Assembly (NCBI GenBank): GCA_032718475.1
Contig: JAUCBJ010000090.1
Span: 18,096 to 82,095, forward strand
Origin: Nemertoderma westbladi
Lineage: Eukaryota > Animalia > Xenacoelomorpha
DNA: 64,000 nt
Direction of reading: 5' to 3'
Below the pieces are notes generated by a model. The model made no database searches, was not told where the DNA came from, and was given only the letters and a program-made list of their open reading frames with translations. Each line of letters opens with the position of its first letter. Positions within the stretch are counted from its first letter, which is position 1. The translations under genes and the position numbers were made by a program. Positions 1 to 13,079 of this stretch are shown one piece after another.

Positions 1-4
1 CGTA

Positions 5-170
5 CTGGAACCAACGGCCAGCTATTGGACTCATTCGCGTACTGGAACCAACGGCCAGTTATTGAACTCATTCTGGAACCAACGGCCAGTTATTGAACTC
101 ATTCTGGAACCAACGGCCAGTTATTGAACTCATTCTGGAACCAACGGCCAGTTATTGAACTCATTCGCGT
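5..170. repeat. Tandem minisatellite, 31/37-bp unit CTGGAACCAACGGCCAGTTATTGAACTCATT(CGCGTA), 5 copies
   Basis: Units start at 5, 42, 73, 104 and 135; the array probably continues left of the window. Confidence 0.9.
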
Positions 171-1633
171 AAATATAATATATCAGTTGATGTTGTATAT
201 TGTTAACATTTCAAGTTGCCACGCCTTCTTTTTATGACAACAAGAATAAAGCTGGAATTATAAATAATTTAAATATAAAATAATTTACGTTGCTCCCATA
301 TTTGGTTTCCGCAATAAATTATAGTTAATTGGCCACGCGGATCTGTTAACTAATAAATAATATTGACAATTTTTTACCTGTTAGTTGTATTTCAAAGTTG
401 CAAAGTTGTTCTTTAAACAATTTCGCAAATTGTTAGGTTTAAATGATGCTTATAAAGGAATTTTTAGTTATTTAAATTTGGTTTTTATGGTTAATTATAT
501 TGTAAGTTATAGTGGAATACAAGTGGGGATATAAATAACACTGTAATCAACACTGATAGTGTTCTTCGTAAATGGCAAGGTGGCGAATAACAATTGAACC
601 ATGATTAAATATCACCGTAGCATGACCCCGAAATTGACATTCAGTTTTATAAATAGGTTGTTGAACAATAGCTACGTAATTTAAAATACCTGCTGTTTGA
701 TGAATTTTTCAAAGGATAATGTTGGAGTATCCCAGAGCGAAAATGACGGATACTTTTCCAAAGTAACTTAATAAATAGTTTATAGTAACCTTTTAATCTA
801 TTGTGACAGCGTGGGTGCCCCACACAAAGGTAATCAAATAGTAATCAGTAAGAAGGGAAGAGAGTAAGGATGGAGGGAGGGTCCCGCAAGGATTCCCACT
901 CAGTCGCCTAACATAACTACTGTATGCCCGGAAGCCTGCATTTACCATCCTATTGTCGCACAGTTTTTGCCTGTGGGTTTATGCAACACCAAAGTAAGAT
1001 ATCTCTAATTTACTTGTTTATTTTATTATATTTCATTCAATTCTATCTTTTTATAATACGAAAGGATTCTTTTAATAAAAAAAAATCTGAGAGAAAATGA
1101 AACCTGATAATTTTGGAATTAGTTTTCAGATGGCAGGCTTTCTCGCCCACACATGAGACCGGTGTAAAAGGTGTAAATGAATCCCCTTTTAGAATGACCC
1201 CCCAGTGATCTGGGGAGTCATTACAACCTAGGTTGAAATGACGTCAGAATGTTGAAGTGAATCCCTACAAGGATATCCATAGGTTAAATAGTGACCTGCA
1301 CTCTTAATAAGATGTGATTGTTCCTACGCTTTTTATAAGTAGTTTTATAGTAAAGGTCATGAGAAAGTGGAACGTTTGCATTTCTCATTCTGATACAGGC
1401 GCGGATCCACAATAGGGGCGCGTGGCGCCGCGCACAATATATTTTTTGAGAAAGAAAATAAAAAGAGTAAAATATATAAAAAAAATTATAAAAATACATC
1501 TTTTTAGATTTACTATTGATAGTTACGATAAAACATACAAGTACAAGGGCCGTCATCACTCGATAACCCCAAGCGGAATCCACATTCACAACTTTCATCA
1601 CCATACCATCCCCAATATAAAATCGGTATATAA

Positions 1634-2304
1634 GTCGGTGTCTGTGACTGTAGTTGCCGGATATCTACTACTTCTGCGTTCTTGAAGTGTGAATCCCAGA
1701 TCTTCAACCATTGTGGCCGTCCTCATTGCGTAATCCAGTACAATTACAAATAGTAATGGTGCTAATGTGTCACCTTGCAGTACGCCAGCCAGGATTGAGA
1801 AAAACTCAGTTTCACCATCTGGTGAGAGTACCTGCGCTTCTGTGTCACAATATAACAATCCAATGCCAGCAACAATTACTTCTGGTATTCCATAAGCTCT
1901 TAGGATTTCAAGCATTTTACCTCTATGGATGGAGTCGAATGCCTTCTTGAAGTCCACAAGAGCCATGACTGCGGGGAGATTATTTGACTTAATTCCTTCA
2001 ATCAGTCTCCGTAGTTCAAGTATCTGAGCTATTGTTGATCTACTTGGTCGAAATCCGTTTTGGCTCTTACGCAGTAGTTTCTCTATGTGAGGCCTAATCC
2101 TATATAGAATCATTTTATTGTATATTTTGGCAGCTACCAAAAGCAGACAGATCCCACGATAGTTTGTTGGTATGCTGAGGTCTCCTTTCTTGGGGAGAGG
2201 CTTTAGTTGACCTTTAGTTCAAATTGGTGGTGGATTTTCCCCTTTTAACATCCGGTTGCAAACATTCAATAATGGTCTGTTTAGCACTTCGGTTTTCCAT
2301 ACCT
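1634..2304 (-). mobile_element. RTE-like non-LTR retrotransposon, reverse transcriptase fragment (3' part, 3'-truncated)
   Basis: NYRGI..., QNGFR, VDFKKAFDS, GVLQGDTLAP motifs; breaks off just before the FADD motif. Joins 15759-16615 across TSD TACCT to restore IPAEV-WKT. Confidence 0.9.
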
Positions 2305-2962
2305 TGTGACGGGATCCTCCGGGTTAGATTTGTACGCGTCACCGTTCTGCTGGGCAGTCGTGCTAGTTCGCTTTGGCAGAAGGCCGTTGGGGAAAACAAT
2401 AAGGGTTTCTGTTGTTTCTCAATATCGATAGTCCAAATGATAATAGCACAATCGGTCAATCGGAATGATACATATGTAATAGCAGAAAATACACAGATTA
2501 ATTGCTGATGTTAGTGGCGGTGACTGTCATAAACTATGACCGGTCTGCAACTGAGTAACGGAATCAACTGACCGGTAAATCAGTAATGTATGATAATATA
2601 TGATTAACACACACGAATATTGATTTTACCTGTTACTGTACTTGGCCCTCTGTACCCAGTGGATTCTCTCCTATCTCTAATAACGTGCTTCCCTCCCCGC
2701 TATTTTCTAATATACTAATTGTCACTTTGACACTCCCCGTGAGTGTTTCCCCCCACTGCTAGCCTCTACTTGCTGTATTCCTTCCGAGGTGGTTTGACCT
2801 CTCACCTCTCTCTGTGGATTTAGGGCATGTGTCCCCCCCCCCCCCCCAATGTTAGTTGTGAGGCGAGATTAATATTGGTAATCTCGTATCCCCAACTTAT
2901 TGGTAAAATGCCACTGGTCCCATTTTCTGGTGGGTAATGAAGTGGAATTGAATCCGCTTACA
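2305..2962 (-). repeat. 3' LTR of the outer element
   Basis: Direct repeat of 15091-15758; preceded on the minus strand by PPT ATGGGGGAG. Confidence 0.92.
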
Positions 2963-3494
2963 CTCCCCCATGCTATCTTCCCGGTGAGAAGATAGCCTCA
3001 ACCTTAAGTGCGCTTCAATTCCGCTGGAACCCAATCTAATATCGGGCGTGGGGTGGAGTTCTTTTCTCGGGGTTGGCTTTCCAGGCCGCCCCCCCTGGTT
3101 ATGTTATTACTACCCCTCCTTGGTGCAATCGCGAGCTATGTTGCACCAAGGTATCTGGTGTCTCTGTTTGAGATAATTGTGCTCTCTCTTCACACAATTT
3201 TCTAGATCCTCTCTCTAATCTCACTCTCGGACCCCCATGTCCCTTACTCTCTCTCTCACAGACCTCGTTGTCCCTTACTCTCTCTCTTACTGCTCGCTCC
3301 CCACACTTGAATTGCACTCCTCTCACTCCCACGCATGTCAACACCTCCTCTCCATACTTCCCCCGTTTCCATTTTCGTTTCCATTCTTCATGCACTTATT
3401 GGGTCCCACACATGTGTGCACCAATCGGTAATGATACAGATGTAATAGCAGAAAATACACAGATTAATTGCTGATGTTAGTGGCAGTGACGTCA

Positions 3495-6400
3495 TCACAC
3501 ATGATAACACGTAAGCGTCCATCCGAACGGCGTGAGAATCGCCGTCGGATCCCGCTGCTTATTCTCTCTGAATATGGTCCGTACTCTCTCGTGGGCCGTC
3601 GGACAATTCATTCCGACTATGATGGATACCTTCGAGACATCCACTTCCGGTATCGGCCTCGTCTGTAACCCTATCTCCTCGGCCACCCAATTCTCCACCA
3701 GCGTGAAGGCTGCTCCACTGTCGACCAGCATCAATGTCGTGATTGATCAGTCGCCCTTTCCTGTTATCCTCACTGGTACTACCCCGAGTAGTACTGTCCT
3801 CTTTCTCCTTGCTCCCGTCGTGCTTGTAGCCATAGTTTGGCCTCCAGTCTCATCAGTCTCGTCGTATTCTATCGGTGTTTCTCTACACTCTCCGAATCTG
3901 TGTCCTTCTACCACGCATCGATGAGATAGTCCGTTTGTATCCGCATAGGCTACCCGATCTTGTTTAGGCAACGCCTGCCAATGCTTACAACTCATGGTCT
4001 TATGGGTTCCATCTCTATGCAATTGACATTTGTAACCTGGATTGTAGCGTTCCTTATATAGCCCTTCACATATCGCATGTAGGTTCATATCTACCAGTTT
4101 AGTGTTTTGGTTATTTGGACTCGGCCTACTGGGTGTGTTGGGATTATATTTGTTCGTGTTGTTATTTTGTTTCTGTTCCTGCCACGGTGTGGCCCTACTC
4201 CCAGCTATCTGTGGACTTGTAGCCCCCTGCATGGCCGCATGTGGTAGCGACTGTCTCACTCTCGGGAATGCATCTGCCGGATTATGTTCAGGTTTAGGCC
4301 TGTTGTATTCAGCTTTCAGCGCCTTCCCCAAACTATCCTCGCTGTAGACTGGGTCTGTAATCAAATCCTCCTCATAGTTAAGGAAGTTCGACATTTCCTC
4401 TAGCCCTGGCTCCGCACCTTTCTTCTCCCGGGTGGAGAAGGCGATCTTCCCCCACTTATTTCTTAGCCAGATCGGCAGTGCCTGCGCTATTGTGGTGATG
4501 TTATTCGATGCATTGAGTTCGTAAGGCGCATCCAAGGTCTTCAGCACAATCAGCGCCTTTTCGACCTTATTCGCGAAATTCCTGATGCTGACAGGGTTAT
4601 CTTGTAGGCCACCTGATGTTATTCCCCTCAAGGTTTGCTGGATGATCTTGGCAGGGTGTCCGTATTCCCTGTCTAGGGCCCGCCATGCAGTCATGAATCC
4701 ACCCTCGATACCTTGATACTGCCTTACGATATTTTACGCTGGGCCCCCTGTGTAAACTTGTAAATATTTTAGGCACTCCGCCTGCATCAGGTTCTTTGTC
4801 AATATTTCGTTACTGTATATGCGTCGGAATTGCAGATATTCTTCCAGCCTGCTTCCATCGAATTTGAACGGCTCCACTGGTGGCAGCTCGATCCTGGTCT
4901 TAAGTGCATCGATGAGTGTTGCCATTCCCATCGCCTGTACTTCTAGTGGGTTGGATGGATGCTGTACAGACTCCCATGTTGCTGGGTGCGGTTCGCCCGT
5001 CGGGCCTGTCGACCTCTTCTGCATTGGATATATCATTGGGGGTAACGGTCCCCTCCATATCTCTGTATCGCATGATTTATTTTGGTCCAAGGGGTTCGGG
5101 GTTTTTGTTCTCGGTTGAGTGTATTGCTGATATTGTAATAGGGGAATGTCACCCTGCCCCCCCCCCCCCCCTGCACCGGTGTTATATTTGGTAGTGGGGT
5201 TGATGTTACCATGTTAGGGCCCATACACCTATCGGCAATAGCTCCCCCCTCCCCTGGGTATATCTTATATCCCTGCATATTATAGTCATACTGGTGTGCA
5301 GGTACGGGTATAGGCCTATCCACTTCTTGCCTACCTACCGGTATATATGCTGCAACTTCCGGATCTAATCCTGATGTCCGCATTACCCTATCGCCTACAC
5401 TATCTCTTCCAGCATGGCCTATAGTATGTGCACTAAGGCTTACAGTATGTCCTGCAGTCTGCCTGTGTCCTTCCGGACCGAAGTTTAATCTTCTCGAATA
5501 TTCCAAGAAGTCCTCCCCGCAACTACCGTATTCTCGATCGGCAGCTTCGCCTCTCCGGGAAGTTTCTCTTCGATCCCCTCTCCTGTCCTCGTCCTCGCGC
5601 CGGTACATCCTGTACCCGTCTCCCGGTGTATGGTATATCTCACCAGGCTGCGTCTCTCCGGGGCGACGGCAAACTCCCGGAGTTCGACCTACTGACTCTC
5701 TAACTCCATCTCTACTGCCGACGGTTCACTGTCCATCCTTGCTCTCCGGTTGCTCGTAGCAACGCTTCTTCTATTCTCTTCACTTCTTCTCTCTTCAGTG
5801 TAGCGATCCCCTTCGTGAGATCTCGCTTCGACCTCCCGGATAAACTCCACTGTTCTTCTTCCATCCTCCGACTGGGCTCGACGTCCTGTCGCTTGCCCGC
5901 TCACGGCGCCAACCTCTCTCTCTCTACCCGGTTGGACGCTCCTGGGGATACTCGCAATCCTCCTACTATTCTCTGTCATCGGGTGCCGCGGTTCACCTAA
6001 CCCACCCTGCGCATTATCCGCCGACGCTTGTGGGACATTCTCTGCCCCCCCCCCCTTCCACCACTAATCTCTCTTGGTGGGGTGCCCGTAGCCCCCCTCC
6101 CCCCCCCCATTCGCCACCTCTTACTTCGCTACCTCTTACTTCACTTCTACGCCCCTCTCTAGTCGACGCACTATCTCCACTCCGGCTGGGTCTACTCACC
6201 CTCGCCTCTCCCTGTGCGACTGCGTGGCCTTGCAGGCTCCAGTTGGGTTGACTCACCCCCGCTACTCCCTGCGTTACTACGTGGCCTTGCAGGCTCCCAT
6301 TGGCTTGACTCACCCCCGCTACTCCCTGCGTAACTACGTGGCATTGCAGGCTCCCGTTGGCCGGCCCATCTGCCTCCCCTGTGTCCATATTAATTGCACC

Positions 6401-6661
6401 GTTATTCGTAACATTATTATCTAAGTTATTTAAATTATTTTGTTCAGAATTAGGGCTATTATTTGGAATATTTTGCACATTTAAATTAGAAATATTTGGA
6501 TTATTTTGCACATTTAAATTAGTATTATTTGGATTATTTTGCACATTTAAATTAGTATCATTGTTATTACCGGGTAAAATATTATTTCCTGCAACAAAAG
6601 TTTGATTAGAGTTGTCTACTACAGTACTATTAATATTAATCCCTTCTAATGTATTATTATT
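3495..6661 (-). pseudogene. BEL/Pao gag-protease C-terminal part (DUF1759-like capsid, Cys/His region, aspartic protease), disrupted
   Basis: ELPPVEPFKFDGS...AWRALDREYG...LPIWLRNKW; CQLH..H...C; protease LVDSGA at about 3720; stops and frameshifts. Confidence 0.85.
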
Positions 6662-6666
6662 ACCCC

Positions 6667-7267
6667 AGTTAGCGTATTCAATTCCGCTAGCCAGCCCCAT
6701 AAAGCGAGCTTTAAGCAATATTGGGAACACGAGGTTGATATCCAATATCAACCTCGTATCACCCCAATAAAGTGGGGACAAGAAAACCCCAGAGGACATA
6801 CGCACAACAGGGGTCAGGGGTTACACCCCTGAGAGAGAGAGGGAATAACAGGAGCAACGTGAAACACTCCAGGGAAGGTGAAGGGGCGACAATTAGGTTA
6901 TTAGCCAATAGGGGGGAAGCATCGACTGGGTAGAGCAATATGGCCAACCGTGCAATATATTACTGGTCCATGCATTATTTCATTCACTTGTAGTAAGGAC
7001 AGTTAGGACTAGTTAGGGCTAGTTAGGACAGTAGCGGAACTCTAGTTACCGTCTCCATCTACCGTCACCAGTACATATCATTTACCGGTACATTATATCA
7101 TACATCAAGCATCTGTGCTATTATCTTTACTATATTGTATTCCGAACCCATATACACTGATCAATCAATAACTCAGAACTACTCTTTATATCTTTTACAC
7201 ACGGCGGGGACGCGTAAGCTAGAAACCAAAACCGGATAAACCGGGATCCTCCGTAGATCCCGTCACA
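6667..7267 (+). repeat. 5' LTR of the inner element
   Basis: Direct repeat of 13080-13663; first base mutated (AG instead of TG). Confidence 0.9.
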
Positions 7268-7298
7268 GTAACTAGATCGACTACTGCCTGACTACGAG

Positions 7299-10200
7299 AT
7301 GAGCCGAATAGGAGAGACGACACCGCCGCGGACCCCGGATGGCGATCTAACGATCCGCGAGGCCGCGACACGACGGTATAGGCCCACGACACCGGACCCA
7401 TCGCAACGGGTGACCCGGTGATCCAACACGAGGGGAGCCGTCTACAACGAGAAGGGAGAGACGAGTCGAGAGAAGGGAGAGACGAGTCGAAAGAAGGGAG
7501 AGATGAGTCGGGAGGAGAGAGAGACGAGTCGACACACGACGGCGGTCGACGTGCCGATGTCGCCGGCCAGCCACAGGCCGAGGGCGATGGACGGCCCACC
7601 GGAACGGCGACGGTGGGGCCGCCGGTACGATGCCGGACACGGAGAGAAAGAGGGGATGTCGGCGACGAGGATGTCGGAGTTAGCGACCGGCTCCGACGGG
7701 CTTACAACGCCACGAGGGAACAGTTGAGGGAAGCTAAGGAGGGAGCAGAACTAGACGAGGTAAAGTTAGAAAAGCGGCTAGGTGAGTCGAACAGATATTT
7801 TGCTTACCTAGTGCGTTTTGGGCAGCAAGAACTAGCCAGCGAGAGAGCGAGAGGGGTTGCCAGCGAACTGATTGAACTATGGGAGTGTAGGGGTATGCAG
7901 CCTAGTATAGTGTACATAGGGCCATACTTAGTCGATGCCCGGGAATAAAATTAGTGGGTTGGAGGAGACCGCAGGAGGGCGAATCCGAGGTTAGCCCCGA
8001 GGATTCGGTCTCGTCGGTCGGAGGAAGTTCTGGGAGTCGGGGGAAAGTTGGTGGGACGGAGGGGTGACGGGAGTCCGTCGCAACCGATAAGTCTGCTACA
8101 TCCTCCGAAAAAGAAAGAAGGGTGCGGGAGATAAATCTGACGTATAAATTAGAAATGGTGGCGACAGAGCAGAAAGAGTTAGAGAGGCGACTGAGGGAGG
8201 AAACCACATTGTTGGAGACAGAAAGAGAGTGGGCGAGGGAGTATAGAGAGAAAGCCGAGGAGTGTAGAGAGAGAGCCGAGGAGTGTAGAGAGCGGGAGAT
8301 GAGAGTAGAGAGCGAGCTGGCAAGGCAGTTTGAGATGATTGCGAGAGAGGCAGAGTTGGCTGAGCAGAGTATACGAGAGAGAGAGATAGAGGGTGAGTGC
8401 GTGCGGGATGATTTGCGTGCCCAGCTAGAGAGGCTTACACAATATCAAGCCAAACTGAATCAGCGCCGACTAGAACTGGCGCGGTTGGAACTATCAGAGA
8501 GTGAGACCCCACTTACAGACACCGGGCGAGAGAACCAGAACTGGTGTAGCCGTACGGGCGGGGGGTGTAGTAGTAGTACGTTAGGAAATGTTGGTATTAA
8601 TAGTACCGTAGTAGATAACCCTAATCCCTTTATTACAGGAAATATTTTATCCGGTAATTCAAATTCAAATAATAATATTAATTCAAATATTCAGAATAAT
8701 TCAAATAATTCGAATAATAATTTAAATTTTGAAAATAATAACAATTCTAATTTAAATAATTTAAATAATAATCCCGTTTCAAATTCTAATAATTCTAATA
8801 TTTTAATTGATTTTGGGGATTTAATTGATCCAACAGATAATATTGGGAATGGTGCTAAATGGTGCATTAATATGAGCGTGGCGGACGTGCATAGCCCGGC
8901 GAATGGCGGCCTGGTAGACCACGTAGTTAGTAGGCAGGGAGTAGCGGAGTTGAGCCAACCCGAGGTGGGCCTGGTAGGCCACGCAGTAGTAGAGAGAGAG
9001 GTGGGGGTGAATAGACCCAGCCGTAGTAGAGACAGTGCATCGACTAGAGAGGGGTGTAGAAGTGGAGTAAGAGATAGTGAAGTTAGATGTGGCGAGTGGG
9101 GGGGGGGGGGGGCTATGGGCGCCCCACCACAGAAGATTAGTGGCGAGAGAGGGGGGGGGGGGGAGAGAATGCCCCACAAGAGGGGTGTAGAAGTGTTGTA
9201 AGAGGTAGCGAAGTTAGAAGTAACGGGTGGGGGGGGGGGGGCTACGGGCGCCCCACCACGAGAGATTAGTGGCGAGAGGGGGGAGGTAGAGAATGTCCGA
9301 CAAGAGGGACGCAGAAGTGTAGTAAGAGATAGTAAAGTTAGGAGTTGCAGGTGGTGGGGGCTACGGGCGCCCCACCACGAGAGATTAGTAGCGAGAAAGG
9401 GGGGGCAGAGAGTGCCCCGCAAGCGTCGATGGACAATGCGCGGGCCGAACTAGGTAAACCGCAACACCCGACGACGGAGAATAGTAGGGGGATGGCGAGT
9501 ATCCCCAGGAGTGTCCAGCCAGACAGAGTAGAGTCAGATATTAGCGACGAGAGTGGGCGGAGCGACGAGACGCCGAGCCCAGTCAGAAGAGAAAAGAAGT
9601 GAAGATAAAAGAAGTGCCGTTGCTAGGAGCAACCGAAGTGCGAGGACGGATAGAGAGCCGTCGATAGTAGAGATGGAGTCAGGGAGACAGTGGGGTCGAA
9701 CTTCGGGAGATTGCCGTCGCCCTGGAGAAACGCACCGCACGCCAAGAGAGGGGTACAGGACGTACCGATACAAAGTCGAGAACAGGAGAGGGGATCGAAG
9801 AGAAGCTTCCCGACGGGATATAGCTGCCGATCGAGAGTGCGGTAGTCGCGGGGAGATTCGAGATTCGCGAAGATTAAACTTCGGTTCGAAAGGGCACATG
9901 CAGACTGCAGGACATACTGTAGGCCTTACTGCACATACTATTATAGGCCATGCTGGGAGAGGTAGAGTAGGCGATAGGGTAGCGCGAACGACGGGATTAA
10001 ACCCGGAAGCCGCGGAGTACATACCGGTAGGTAGGCAAGAAGTGGGTAGGCCTATATCGGTACGGCAGCATGACTATAATACACAGGGACATAACATATA
10101 TCCAGGGGAGGGGAGAGTTATTGCAGATAGATGTATGGGCCCCAATATATTAACATCAACCCCAGTACCAAACATACCGGTGGGGGGGGGGGGGGGGGAC

Positions 10201-11315
10201 AGGGTGACATTCCCCCATCACAATATCAACAATATACCCCAATAGGAGCAAGAACATCGAACCCCTTGGACGAGAACAGGTCGTGCGGACAGTCGCTACC
10301 ACACGCGGCCATACAGGGGACTGCTAGTCCACAGTTAGCTGGTAGTAGGGCCACACCGTGGCAGGGACAGAAAGAAAATAACACCACAAATAAACACAAT
10401 CCCAACATACCCAGTAGGCCGAGTACAGACAACCAAAACACAAAATCGGTAGATATAAACCTACGCGCGATACGTGAAGGACTATACAGGAAACGCTATA
10501 ATCCAGGATTCGAATGTCAATTACATCGGGACGGAACCCATAAGACCAGGAGTTGTAAGCACTGGCAAGCGTTGCCCAAACAAGATCGTATAGCCTACAC
10601 AGACGCAAACGGACTATGTCATCGATGTGTGGTAGAAGGACACAGACCCGGAGAGTGTAGAGAAACAGCAGCTACAAGCACGACAGTGGCAAGAAAGAAG
10701 AGAAAAGTACTACCCGAGGAAGTAACAGTTAGAGAGTGGGCGGGGGAGAATGGATATCCCAGCAAGTATCGGTATGGAGATAGAGAGGAACGGACGGCAA
10801 GATGTCCGGAGGACAAACCGGAGGAGTGTCCGGTGGAGTGTCAGGAGGACAATAGTCCAGAGGAGTGTCCGGAAGAGACGCCGGTCCGGTTGAGAGGCAT
10901 ACCGACAAGGGGGAGGTCGAGTAAGAAGACAAGATGGAAAGGGAGAGGATGTGAGAGGATTAGACCAGGGGCAGAGAGGTCCGTGGGTGGACATAACAAA
11001 GGACTCAGGAAAGCAGGAAGCGTGTTGCATACGCACGCGGGACTGACAGAGTGCGAGGGGGCATTACATGGGCAGACGTCGTGTATACCGAAGGACGGAC
11101 GGGGGTCGTCGAGGCCTTTAATGCCAGCGCACATACTAAGGGGGAGGCCAGCAGAGGTAGTGTCTAAGAAAGTGTGGCGAAGAGTAAGAGGACGTATAGG
11201 AGGGCAGTGGGAGAGTGCCTACTGGAAGAAAGGGCACCTTAGAGTTTTAGTCGTCCAATGTTTTGGACTGAGGGGGGTGGGAATGAGGGCGAGACGCCCT
11301 TCCCACGCAAAATAA
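7299..11315 (+). pseudogene. gag-derived ORF series of the inner element (coiled-coil, Asn-rich, Cys/His region); capsid core deleted
   Basis: ORFs 7418-7948, 8122-9201, 9553-10245 and 10131-11315 align with the outer gag; frameshifts at G-runs. Confidence 0.75.
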
Positions 11316-11389
11316 TTATTTAATTAAAAATAAAAATAAATAATAAAAATAATTAAATAATAAATAAGTAGAAAGTCAGAAAGTAAGTA

Positions 11390-12700
11390 GATAGCTAGCT
11401 AAGTTAGAAGAGTTAGAGGGTACGTAGTACCGTTAGTTAGAGAGGTTAGTTAGTTAGTAAGAGGGTACGTAGTACCGTTAGTTAGTAGAGAGAGTTAGAG
11501 AAGTTGGTAAGAGGGTACATAGTACCGTTAGTAGAGAGAGTTAGAGGAGTTAGTAAGAGGGTACGTAGTACCGTTAGTTAGTAGAGAGAGTTAGAGAAGT
11601 TAGTGAGAGGGTACGTAGTACCGTTAGTAGGTAGAAGTTAGGTAGTAAGAGAGTAGTACCGCTAGTTAGATAGAGATATAGTTAGTAAGAGGGTACGTAG
11701 TACCGTTAGTTAGAAAGTTAGTAGAGCAGTAGAGGGTTGTGGGCACCGTAAGCGCCACGTAGAAAGTAGTAGCAGTAGAGGTTGTGGGCACCGTAAGCGC
11801 CACGTAGGAAGTAGTAAGCAGAGTGGTTGTGGGCACCGCAAGCGCCACGTAGTTAGAGTTAGTAGGGGATGCGTTGAACTAAGTGGGGCACGGGCGTGAT
11901 GACGTGTTTGATGTAAGAGCAGGGTATGTTAATTAGGGTGGGTGCCGGGCACAAGAGGTGCCGGGCACAAGAAGATTAGTAGTAGAGTTAGTTGAGTTAG
12001 TAAGAGTTAGTAGTAGAGTTAGTTGAGTTAGTAGTAGAGTTAGTTGAGTTAGTAGAGAGTTAGTAGAGTTAGTAAGAGTTAGTAGTAGTTCACATAATTA
12101 ACGTACCCACTCTGCCGGCACTCAGAGCGTCACGTGCAGGCGAGGAGACGTAAAGGGGGTAAGATGTGATAGAGTAGAATAGTAGAGACGGGCACATAGG
12201 GTGCCAGGTAGTAGAGTTAGAGAGTTAGAGGTAGTAGAGTAGTAGAGACGGGCACATAGGGTGCCAGGTAGTAGAGTTAGAGAGTTAGAGGTAGTAGAGT
12301 AGTAGAGAGGGCACATAGGGTGCCAGGTAGTAGAGTAGTAGAGAGGGCACATAGGGTGCCAGGTAGTAGAGTAGTAGAGACGGGCACATAGGGTGCCAGA
12401 TAGTAGAGTGGTTGTGGGCACCGCAAGCGCCACGTAGTTAGAAGAGTGGGTAGAGTTAGAGAGTTCTAGTTAAAGGGCTAGAGAGTTGGTAGACTTAGAG
12501 GGTTTTAGTTAGAGTTAGTAGTAGAGGGGTCGTGGGCACCCTAAGCGCCACGTAGTTAGAAGAGTTGGTAAGAGTTAGAGAGAGTTAGTAGAAGTAGAGA
12601 GTTAGTAGGAGTTAGTTAGACTTAGTAGAGCTAGTTAGAGTCGGAGAGTTAGTAGAGAGTAGAGAGTTAGATAGTTAGCAAGTAAGTAGTAGGTAGATAG
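11390..12700 (+). repeat. Purine-rich repeat array with embedded short hairpins in the 3' region of the inner element
   Basis: AGTTAG/AGTAG-type linkers with repeated GGTACGTAGTACC, GTGGGCACCGTAAGCGCCAC and GGCACATAGGGTGCC. Confidence 0.85.
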
Positions 12701-13079
12701 TATGATAGCACAGGGGTAGCATTAGAGATTAGGGCCTTAGGGAGTGGTAGAGAGTAGAGAGGAGTATGGAGAGAAGTTAGAGTGCGATTCAGGTGTGGGG
12801 AGAGTGTAAGAGTGGGGAGAGAGTAGAGGGGAGTTAGAGCGGAGTTAGTTAGAGTGGCGAGAGTGTTGGGGAAACAAAAATTGTGTGAGAGAAGCGCACG
12901 ATCGGCCCGACACGAGACGCCAGAGGGTAGTGACATCATACCCATAGGGAGCGGCCTGGAAAGCCGACTCCAAGAAAATAACTCCACCCCACACCCGATA
13001 ATAGATCGAGTTCCAGCGGAATTGTAGCGCACTTGAGGTGGATGCTATCTTCTCACCGGGAAGATAGCATGGGGGGGAG

